Assembly: GCA_902555465.1 (NCBI GenBank)
Contig: CACDSN010000004.1
Span: 14,860-78,859 of the forward strand
Direction: 5' to 3'
Length of the DNA stretch: 64,000 nt
Source: an uncultured Pelagibacteraceae bacterium
Lineage (GTDB): Bacteria > Pseudomonadota > Alphaproteobacteria > Pelagibacterales > Pelagibacteraceae
Each line of letters starts with the position of its first letter. Position 1 is the stretch's first letter. Of the stretch, positions 1 to 7,580 are shown piece by piece. The translations under genes and the position numbers were made by a program. The notes under the pieces were generated by a model. It searched no databases. It was not told where the DNA came from and worked only from the letters and a program-made list of their open reading frames with translations.

Positions 1-258
1 AGAGTCCTCAGGATAATTCTCTGCATCATTTGCACATATAGCAACAGCATTAATGCCAAGTTTTTGTAATTCAGTGCAATCTTCTACTATTTCTTTTGTA
101 ACCGCCTTAACATAAGGGCAATGATTACAAATAAACATTATCAGAGTTCCATTTTCACCTTTTATGTCATTAAGAGATAAAATTTTGTTATCAGTTGATT
201 TAAGTTTAAAGTCGGGCGCCTTCTTGCCAAAATCACATATTGGAGTTTCTATAGCCAT
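1..258 (-). CDS. thioredoxin-fold redoxin (AhpC/TSA-like, CxxC) protein; C-terminus lies outside the window
   Basis: Absent from the ORF track because there is no stop in the window. Hand translation of the reverse strand from the ATG at 258-256 gives MAIETPICDFGKKAPDFKLKSTDNKILSLNDIKGENGTLIMFICNHCPYVKAVTKEIVEDCTELQKLGINAVAICANDAENYPEDS, open to the window edge. It has a CNHC CxxC motif in a redoxin-like context. Confidence 0.6.
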   Translation of the reverse strand, partial: MAIETPICDFGKKAPDFKLKSTDNKILSLNDIKGENGTLIMFICNHCPYVKAVTKEIVEDCTELQKLGINAVAICANDAENYPEDS

Positions 259-278
259 AATGTATTATTATATAAATT

Positions 279-791
279 ATGTTTTACGATTTAAAAGATA
301 AAAAACCAAAAAACTCTGGCAAAAATTGGGTAGCCCCAAACGCAGTAGTAATAGGAGATGTCACATTAGATAAGAATTCTAGTATTTGGTTTAATGCGAC
401 ATTAAGAGGAGATATTGAAAATATTCATATAGGTGAGGGGTCAAATGTTCAAGATGGTAGTGTTTTGCATACAGATCCTGGATGTCCTTTAAAAGTTGGA
501 AAAAATGTTACAGTTGGTCATATGGTTATGCTTCATGGATGTACGATAGGGGATAATAGTTTAATTGGAATTGGTGCAGTGATTCTCAATAATGCAAAAA
601 TTGGAAAAAATTGTATCATTGGCGCAAAAGCTTTAATTACAGAGAATAAAGAGATACCAGACAACTCACTTGTTATTGGTTCACCGGGTAAGGTTGTAAG
701 AGAAGTTACAGAAGAGGAAAAGAAAGCAGTTTGGGAAAATACCAAACATTATCAAGACAATTGGAAAAAATATTCAGAGTCGATCTTTTAA
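279..791 (+). CDS. gamma-class carbonic anhydrase-like / left-handed beta-helix (hexapeptide repeat) protein, YrdA/PaaY/CaiE family
   Basis: 170 aa. Hexapeptide repeats ([27 protein letters not shown]) and the His pattern LHTD...GHMVMLHGC are typical of gamma-CA-like proteins. Confidence 0.8.
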   Translation: MFYDLKDKKPKNSGKNWVAPNAVVIGDVTLDKNSSIWFNATLRGDIENIHIGEGSNVQDGSVLHTDPGCPLKVGKNVTVGHMVMLHGCTIGDNSLIGIGAVILNNAKIGKNCIIGAKALITENKEIPDNSLVIGSPGKVVREVTEEEKKAVWENTKHYQDNWKKYSESIF

Positions 792-1387
792 GGAACTAAC
801 CAAGCATTTTTGTTAGTTTCAAAATCAAACTTAGCTCTTCGATGTCCTTTGGCTGCAAGATATAGCCATTCAATAGATTTAATTTTACATTTAATAACCG
901 TAAAGTTTTTATAACCTTCCTCACTTTGTTCCATCGTATAATCAAAATCCTCTAACTTAGATATCATACCAGATGTAGGTTTTTCTGATGTAGTTCCTGG
1001 AGGACTATCTGTTAAATAACAACGTCTGCTTATATGCTGAGTTTTTTTCCAAGATTCCTCTGTTGTAGAATTTTGATTATTTATTTCACAAACAACTTTA
1101 ACCCTTAATTGAATTTTTTCCTCTTTGTCATAAAAAAGGAATGAAGCTTTATTGTTTTTTTTTAGAATATCCACTTTTGGAGATCTAAGATCGGTATGGA
1201 ATTGCAATAGATTATTTTCTTTATCAGATTTTCTTAGTACAACTATTCTTCCATCAATTTCATCTTGATGAGCACACATAAAAACAGGAATTCTAAAAGG
1301 AGAGGCTCTATTGGTAACAGCATCATCTAACATAGACCAATACTTGTTTTGAATTTCTTTTAAATTTTCGTAGTATGCTGGTTGCAT
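788..1387 (-). CDS. pyridoxamine 5'-phosphate oxidase-like FMN-binding family protein
   Basis: 199 aa. The N-terminal half resembles the PNPOx-like split-barrel fold ([22 protein letters not shown]...[11 protein letters not shown]...[13 protein letters not shown]). Its stop overlaps the convergent upstream gene in a shared TTAA. Confidence 0.55.
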   Translation of the reverse strand: MQPAYYENLKEIQNKYWSMLDDAVTNRASPFRIPVFMCAHQDEIDGRIVVLRKSDKENNLLQFHTDLRSPKVDILKKNNKASFLFYDKEEKIQLRVKVVCEINNQNSTTEESWKKTQHISRRCYLTDSPPGTTSEKPTSGMISKLEDFDYTMEQSEEGYKNFTVIKCKIKSIEWLYLAAKGHRRAKFDFETNKNAWLVP

Positions 1388-1393
1388 ACAATT

Positions 1394-2263
1394 TTACTTT
1401 CTAAATCTTCTGATTAAACTTGATGTATCCCAACGGTTGCCACCCATTTCTTGAACTTCTTCGTAATATTTATCTACAAGTTCAGTGATAGGTAATAAAG
1501 AACCGTTATTTTTAGCTTCATCCATGGCAATTTTTAAATCTTTTCTCATCCAATCAACTGCAAATCCAAAGTCAAATTTATCATCAATCATTGTTTTGTA
1601 TCTATTTTCCATTTGCCATGATTGAGCAGCACCTTTTGATATAACTTCAATTACATCTTCCATGTTTAATCCAGCCTTCATACCAAAATTTATTCCTTCT
1701 GATAAACCTTGGACTAACCCAGCAATACATATTTGATTTACCATCTTTGCAAGCTGACCACTTCCAGCTTTTCCAAGAAGTTTCATTTTTTTGCTATAGC
1801 AATCTATTTTATCTTTAGCTTTATCAAAATCTGCCTGATCTCCACCAATCATAACAGTAAGAGCACCATTTTCTGCACCAGCCTGACCACCTGATACAGG
1901 AGCATCTAAAAAACCCCAGCCGTGTGCTTTAGAATTTTTATATAATTTTCTAGCAATTTCAGCTGATGCAGTAGTATTATCAATATGAACCGCACCTTTT
2001 TTAATTGTGTTGTAAATTCCATCTTTACCAATTGTAACTTCTGACAAATCATCATCATTTCCAACGCATGTAAAAACAAAGTCAGCACCTTCAGCAGCTT
2101 TTGCTGGTGTATCTGCTTTTGACCCTTTGTATTCTGATACCCACTTTTCAGCTTTGGATTTGGTTCGATTAAAAACAGTTACATTATGTCCAGCTTTTGA
2201 TATATATCCAGCCATTGGATAACCCATTACACCAAGACCGATGAAAGTAACATTACAAGTCAT
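1394..2263 (-). CDS. NAD(P)-dependent 3-hydroxyisobutyrate dehydrogenase-family oxidoreductase (MmsB/GarR-like)
   Basis: 289 aa. N-terminal Rossmann motif FIGLGVMGYPMAGYISKAGHNVTVFNRT and a C-terminal 6PGDH-like helical domain (GSGQLAKMVNQ). Confidence 0.8.
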   Translation of the reverse strand: MTCNVTFIGLGVMGYPMAGYISKAGHNVTVFNRTKSKAEKWVSEYKGSKADTPAKAAEGADFVFTCVGNDDDLSEVTIGKDGIYNTIKKGAVHIDNTTASAEIARKLYKNSKAHGWGFLDAPVSGGQAGAENGALTVMIGGDQADFDKAKDKIDCYSKKMKLLGKAGSGQLAKMVNQICIAGLVQGLSEGINFGMKAGLNMEDVIEVISKGAAQSWQMENRYKTMIDDKFDFGFAVDWMRKDLKIAMDEAKNNGSLLPITELVDKYYEEVQEMGGNRWDTSSLIRRFRK

Positions 2264-2271
2264 AATTTTTT

Positions 2272-3480
2272 ATGTTTAAAAGTTTAAGTTTAAAAGTAAT
2301 TATATTTGGATTTATATTTACATTTTTTTCTAGCTTTGGACAGAGTTTTTTTTTAGGACTTTTTAACTCAAGTATTAGAAACGAACTCTCTATTACTCAT
2401 GGTCAGTTTGGCTCGATATATGCATCAGCAACCTTATTAAGTAGTTTTCTTTTGATTTGGGTTGGAAAAAAAATAGATGACATTAATATTTCGAAATTTG
2501 CTTTATTTGTAATTTTATTACTCTCTTTTTCATCTTTTTTCTTTTCAAAAATATCATCTGTATTTTTGTTATTTATTGCAATTTTTTTAATGAGATTCGC
2601 AGGACAAGGTATGATGTCTCATACTGCAACAACAACTATTTCAAGATATTTTACAAAATCTAGAGGAAAGGCATTAAGCACTGGATGGTTTGGTCTATCA
2701 ACAGCAGAGTTTATTCTTCCTGTATTAATTGTATATCTTTTAGCAATTTATAATTGGAAACATATCTGGATTACAATTTCTTTGATTGTAATAATTTTTT
2801 TACCTATTGCCTCTTACCTACTTGTAAAAAATTTAAATTTTGAGTCCAGAGAAACGCAAGAGGACGAAAATTCCTCAGAGGATAAAATTAAAGACTGGAA
2901 GCGAATTGAAGTTATTAAAGATTTTAGATTTTATGTGGTATGTGCAAATATGCTTGCGATGCCATGGATTGCCACAGGTACTTTTGTTTATCAATCTTTT
3001 ATTTTAGAATCTAAAAACTGGGGACCATTTATTATCGCCCAATCTTTCATGGCTTACTCAATACTATCTGTAATAACTTTATTTTTATCAGGTTTTTTAA
3101 TAGACAAGTTTACCAGTAGAAAATTATTAATTTTTATGAATATTCCTCTGTTACTTGCTGTAATAGTGATAATGTATTTTAATCATCCCATAACCGCATT
3201 TGTCTTTCTTGGTTTAATTGGAATTTCAAACGGATTCGCAAACGTTCTAGGTTCTTCGACATGGGCTGAAATTTATGGAGTAAAATATATTGGTTCAATA
3301 AAAGCATTAACTACTGCTTTAATGGTTTTTGCAACAGCTTTTGGTACAGCCTTGTTTGGAGTATTGATTGATAGGGGCTTTTCAATCGAGCAGATTGCTC
3401 TAATTTCATCGATTTATATATCAATTTCTTTGATTTCTCTTTTACTTATAAGAAATAAATTAAACCCTACAAAAATATAA
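2272..3480 (+). CDS. MFS-type transporter
   Basis: 402 aa, about 12 predicted hydrophobic helices in a 6+6 layout with a charged central loop (RETQEDENSSEDKIKDWKR). Confidence 0.7.
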   Translation: MFKSLSLKVIIFGFIFTFFSSFGQSFFLGLFNSSIRNELSITHGQFGSIYASATLLSSFLLIWVGKKIDDINISKFALFVILLLSFSSFFFSKISSVFLLFIAIFLMRFAGQGMMSHTATTTISRYFTKSRGKALSTGWFGLSTAEFILPVLIVYLLAIYNWKHIWITISLIVIIFLPIASYLLVKNLNFESRETQEDENSSEDKIKDWKRIEVIKDFRFYVVCANMLAMPWIATGTFVYQSFILESKNWGPFIIAQSFMAYSILSVITLFLSGFLIDKFTSRKLLIFMNIPLLLAVIVIMYFNHPITAFVFLGLIGISNGFANVLGSSTWAEIYGVKYIGSIKALTTALMVFATAFGTALFGVLIDRGFSIEQIALISSIYISISLISLLLIRNKLNPTKI

Positions 3481-3521
3481 AAATCCTTGATTTTGTTTAT
3501 ATCGGAGTATAAATACCACGC

Positions 3522-4031
3522 ATGGCAAGAGTAACAGTAGAAGATTGTATTGATAAAGTAGATAGTCCTTATCAACTAGTATTAGTGGCGAAAGAAAGAG
3601 TAACTCAACTCAACTCTGGAATTGAACCAACTTTACCAAGAGATAATGATAAAAACACAGTCATCTCTCTAAGAGAAATAGCTGAAGAAAAAGTTAAAGT
3701 TACAGAATTAGTTGATAGCGCAGTATACAAATTAAGAAAACATGTTGAGCAAATAGACGATGTATCAGAAGAAGATGAAGAAATCGGAGATGATTTTGAA
3801 AATCTTTATAAAGGTGAAATTTCAAAAAGCGGTGTACCTATTCTTCCATCAAAAAGAGCAAGAAAAATTCCAGAAAAAATTCAAGTTTCAAAAGAAGATC
3901 TAGCAGAATTGACAAATGCTCCAGATGTTCAGGCCGAAGAAACAGAAACTGGGGAAGTTTCATTAGACCAAATGAGTGAAGAGGAAAATAATGAAGCTGC
4001 TACAGAAGATTCAGAAACTTCAAATAGCTAA
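3522..4031 (+). CDS. rpoZ: DNA-directed RNA polymerase subunit omega with a long acidic C-terminal extension
   Basis: The N-terminus [30 protein letters not shown] is a canonical omega signature. At 169 aa it is long, with an Asp/Glu-rich tail. Confidence 0.8.
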   Translation: MARVTVEDCIDKVDSPYQLVLVAKERVTQLNSGIEPTLPRDNDKNTVISLREIAEEKVKVTELVDSAVYKLRKHVEQIDDVSEEDEEIGDDFENLYKGEISKSGVPILPSKRARKIPEKIQVSKEDLAELTNAPDVQAEETETGEVSLDQMSEEENNEAATEDSETSNS

Positions 4032-4061
4032 TTAAATAATATATTAATTCTCTAAATTTTT

Positions 4062-5045
4062 ATGAATAGACTAGTTTCAGTTGCGCCCATGATGGATTGT
4101 ACAGATCGTCATGAAAGATATTTTTTAAGATTGATTAGCAAGAATGTGCTTCTTTATACTGAAATGATTGTTTCAGAAGCAATTGATAGGGGTGACAAAA
4201 AAAAACTTTTAGATTTTAATATTAAAGAAAAACCAGTAGCACTTCAATTGGGTGGATCGTCACCCAAGCTTTTATCAAGCGCAACAAAAATTGGTGAAGA
4301 TTTTGGTTATGATGAAATTAATTTAAATTTAGGTTGTCCGAGTAAAAAAGTTCAAAAAAATAAATTTGGCGCGTGTTTAATGAAAGAACCAAATTTAGTT
4401 GCGGATTGCTTAAATGAGATGGTTGCATCTACAAAGCTACCAGTGACAGTTAAAACTAGAATTGGTTACGATAATGTAGAAGATTATGAAAATATTTACA
4501 ACTTTATAAACCTTTTATCAAAAACAGGAGTAAAAACATTTATTATGCATGCAAGAAAAGCAATGCTCGGAAAATTTACACCAAAACAAAATCTTAATAT
4601 ACCTCCTTTAAAATATGAAGTTGTTTACAAATTAAAAAAAGATTTTCCCAATCTTGAAATTATTATCAATGGTGGAATTACAAGCACAGATCATATTAAA
4701 GATCATCTTAAACAAGTTGATGGTGTTATGATTGGAAGATCAGTTTATCATTCACCATATTTTCTAGCAGACATTGAAAAAGATATTTTTTTAAATGAAA
4801 ATATTTTAACTAGAGAGGAAGTTATAAAAGAGTTAATTGATTATGTTAAATTTGAAATTAAAAAAGGAACTAAGCTTCATCATATAATGAGACATACACT
4901 TGGTTTGTATCATGGAATATCCGGATCAAGTTTCTGGAAAAGATATTTAAGTGAAAATATGTGTGTCAGAGATGCTGACGTTCAAAAAGTAGATCATATC
5001 TTAGATAAGGTTAAGTATCCACACCAACAAGAAGTGAGCATTTAA
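4062..5045 (+). CDS. dusA: tRNA-dihydrouridine synthase A
   Basis: 327 aa. SVAPMMDCTDRHERYFLR, NLNLGCPS and TVKTRIG motifs are typical of the DusA TIM barrel. Confidence 0.85.
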   Translation: MNRLVSVAPMMDCTDRHERYFLRLISKNVLLYTEMIVSEAIDRGDKKKLLDFNIKEKPVALQLGGSSPKLLSSATKIGEDFGYDEINLNLGCPSKKVQKNKFGACLMKEPNLVADCLNEMVASTKLPVTVKTRIGYDNVEDYENIYNFINLLSKTGVKTFIMHARKAMLGKFTPKQNLNIPPLKYEVVYKLKKDFPNLEIIINGGITSTDHIKDHLKQVDGVMIGRSVYHSPYFLADIEKDIFLNENILTREEVIKELIDYVKFEIKKGTKLHHIMRHTLGLYHGISGSSFWKRYLSENMCVRDADVQKVDHILDKVKYPHQQEVSI

Positions 5046-5879
5046 TTGATTGGCCAAATTTTAGAAAATCAATATTTACTATTTATAATATTAATGGTTA
5101 TAACAGCTTTTCCAGTTGGTTTTTTTGCTGGATTATTTGGTATAGGTGGTGGATTAATTACAGTACCTTTTTTATTTTTTATATTTAGTTCACTTGATAT
5201 AGATCCAAATTACGTTATGCACTTAGCGGTTGGAACATCATTTTCTATCATTATACCTACATCTTTTGTTTCGGTGTACACACACAATAAACACGGAGCT
5301 GTAGATCTTCAAATAATAAAGTCATATGCGCTTTTCGTTATTATTGGTGTAATCGCTGGAACATTGCTAGCATCGATTATGAAAACAAAAGGTTTAATTT
5401 TATTTTTTACAATAATTGTTTATTTTTTAAGTATTTATTTGTTATTTTTGAAAGAAAAAGCTCAAGATACAAAACCTAATTTTAATCTACTTCCAAAAAT
5501 AGTTTTTGGATTTATTTCGGGATTTGTTTCCGCACCTATGGGAATAGGTGGAGCCGTGATGAATGTTCCTATTCTTAAATATTTTGGTTATCCAATAAAT
5601 AAAGCTATTGGAAGTGCTGCAGCTATTGGCTTTTTTATTGCTTTATTTGGAGCAATAGGGTTTTTAATTTCTGGTTCATATCTAGATGCAGATCTTCCAT
5701 TAAGTGTTGGTTTTATTAATATTCCAGCGCTATTAATTTTTATACCTATTACAACTTTTATGGCAAAGTTAGGAGCGAACGCTGTACATAAAATTGAAAA
5801 ACAAAAAATTACAAAGTTTTTTGGTATATTTCTTTTAGTTGTGGGGAGTATATTTTTGTATAGATATCTAAATATATAA
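5046..5879 (+). CDS. TauE/SafE (TSUP, DUF81) family anion exporter membrane protein
   Basis: 277 aa polytopic membrane protein with the duplicated GxGGG motif (GLFGIGGGLITVP and PMGIGGAVMNVP). TTG start directly abuts the dusA stop; the start is uncertain. Confidence 0.75.
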   Translation: MIGQILENQYLLFIILMVITAFPVGFFAGLFGIGGGLITVPFLFFIFSSLDIDPNYVMHLAVGTSFSIIIPTSFVSVYTHNKHGAVDLQIIKSYALFVIIGVIAGTLLASIMKTKGLILFFTIIVYFLSIYLLFLKEKAQDTKPNFNLLPKIVFGFISGFVSAPMGIGGAVMNVPILKYFGYPINKAIGSAAAIGFFIALFGAIGFLISGSYLDADLPLSVGFINIPALLIFIPITTFMAKLGANAVHKIEKQKITKFFGIFLLVVGSIFLYRYLNI

Positions 5880-5883
5880 AATC

Positions 5884-5915
5884 GGGAGCGGTTTCAGTCT
5901 CCCTCTGCCACTCCC
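5884..5915. terminator. GC-rich hairpin between convergent genes; candidate bidirectional intrinsic terminator
   Basis: GGGAGCGG (5884-5891) pairs with CCACTCCC (5908-5915) at 7 of 8 positions. An alternative 5-bp stem is GGGAG/CTCCC. On the minus strand the stem is followed by GATTTTATATATTT. Confidence 0.4.
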
Positions 5916-5976
5916 TTAAATATCTTATATCTGATTCTCTCTATTTTAATTAACTCTTATTAATTGAATCTTGAAT

Positions 5977-7422
5977 TTATATTTTTTGATCGTATTCTCC
6001 AATTTTCCCAGTTTGCTGGAGCAGAGCATCTATAAAATAGAATATATTTTTCTTTCTATCGTCAGATGTAGGGCTTTCAGTAACGATTACTAAAGATGGT
6101 TTATTTGATGAAGCTCTAATCAAACCCCATGAACCGTCTTTAAGGCTAAACCTAACACCATTTACTGTTAAGATATTATTAATTTCTTGACCATCAATCT
6201 TTTGGTTGTTTTCTTTAGAATTTATTATTTTTTTAGTTATTTCCTCAATAACTCCATATTTTTCTTCATCCTTGCAAAAAGGTCCCATAGTTGGACTTTG
6301 ATATGTTTTTGGTAGAGAAGTAATTAATTTGCTGAGTTTATGTTCTTCATTATCAAGCAATTTACAAACTTGTATTGCGGAATTTATACCATCGTCGTAT
6401 CCATATCCCAATGGTTGATTAAAAAAGAAATGTCCGCTTTTTTCAAAGCCTGCAATTGCATTATCCTCATTAACCTTTTTTTTTATATATGAGTGTCCTG
6501 TTTTCCAATAGACTGTTTGGCAATTGTTTTGTTTTAAAATTTCATCATTTTCATACAATCCTGTAGATTTTACATCTACAATGAATTTATTTTTAGGGTA
6601 TTTTTTTGAAATATCTCTTGCTAGCAAAAGACCAATTTTATCAGAAAATATTTCATTTCCCAATTCATCTACAACTCCTACACGATCACCATCCCCATCA
6701 AAACCAAAGCCTACATCTGCTTTATTTTCTTTTACGCAATTCGCAATTTCATGAAGCATTTTTAGATCTTCTGGATTTGGATTATATTTTGGAAAAGTAA
6801 AGTCTAAATTACAGTCTAATTCAATCACCTCACATCCAATGTTTTTTAGTATCTCTGGAGCAAATACTCCAGCCGTTCCATTTCCACATGCAGCTACTAC
6901 TTTAAGTCGTTTATTAATTTTATTTATAGATAAATGTTCAATGTATTTTGATTTATAATTTTCAATCTTTTTATAAGTTCCTTTTCCGTTTTCAAATCTC
7001 TTTTCTAATACTATCTTTTTTAATTCCCTCATCTCTTCATAACAATGAGTTAGTCCTTTTTTGATACCCATTTTTATACCTGTCCAGCCATTTTCATTAT
7101 GGCTTGCGGTAATCATTGCAACGGCATCAGAATTAAGATCAAATTGTGAAAAATAAATTGTGGGTGAAAGACATAAACCAAGATCTTCCACATTGCATCC
7201 AGTTGAAACCAAACCCTCTACAAAATGGTTTTTCACTTCTTCGCTGTACGACCTATAATCGTAACCAATAGTAACTCTCGCATTTTTTTTAAATCTAATA
7301 ATTTGGGATCCAAAGCCTTTTCCTACCTCCCTGATTCCCGCTCCATTTATTTTTTTTGGATATAACCATCGTGCGTCATATTCTCTAAAGCCAAAAGGGT
7401 CGATTTTTATAGTTTCAGACAT
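5977..7422 (-). CDS. phosphomannomutase/phosphoglucomutase (alpha-D-phosphohexomutase family)
   Basis: 481 aa. Active-site Ser loop ITASHNENGWTGIK, Mg-binding loop GFGFDGDGDRVGVVD, and sugar-binding loop GFEKSGHFFF. Confidence 0.85.
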   Translation of the reverse strand: MSETIKIDPFGFREYDARWLYPKKINGAGIREVGKGFGSQIIRFKKNARVTIGYDYRSYSEEVKNHFVEGLVSTGCNVEDLGLCLSPTIYFSQFDLNSDAVAMITASHNENGWTGIKMGIKKGLTHCYEEMRELKKIVLEKRFENGKGTYKKIENYKSKYIEHLSINKINKRLKVVAACGNGTAGVFAPEILKNIGCEVIELDCNLDFTFPKYNPNPEDLKMLHEIANCVKENKADVGFGFDGDGDRVGVVDELGNEIFSDKIGLLLARDISKKYPKNKFIVDVKSTGLYENDEILKQNNCQTVYWKTGHSYIKKKVNEDNAIAGFEKSGHFFFNQPLGYGYDDGINSAIQVCKLLDNEEHKLSKLITSLPKTYQSPTMGPFCKDEEKYGVIEEITKKIINSKENNQKIDGQEINNILTVNGVRFSLKDGSWGLIRASSNKPSLVIVTESPTSDDRKKNIFYFIDALLQQTGKIGEYDQKI

Positions 7423-7529
7423 GTGGATATATCTACATTTTTTTTGGTTTTTTGTTGAATAAAAAAACTAATTTTCTATAAATGTTCTCTTGAATTGTAG
7501 TTTATATAGTATATTAACCTTTTCAACAC

Positions 7530-7544
7530 ACAACATATAGTTGT
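7530..7544. promoter_or_regulatory. NrdR-box-like palindrome upstream of nrdA
   Basis: ACAAC-ATATA-GTTGT is a perfect inverted repeat 37 nt upstream of the nrdA ATG. It resembles the NrdR box consensus (acaCwAtATaTwGtgt). A possible promoter TTGAAT (7490-7495) -16 nt- TATTAA (7512-7517) lies just upstream. Confidence 0.4.
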
Positions 7545-7580
7545 TTTACATAAGTTTAACGTTTAAAATAAGGAAGATAC

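Noticed and set aside
4062-5045. dusA as an occupied integration site for DusA-specific integrase islands
   Set aside because: dusA is intact with a normal N-terminus, rpoZ lies immediately upstream, and no integrase or foreign DNA is adjacent.
7504-7514. ATATAGTATAT as a second NrdR box
   Set aside because: It is an AT-only palindrome in an AT-rich spacer, and the centre-to-centre distance of 28 bp does not match the usual helical phasing of paired NrdR boxes.
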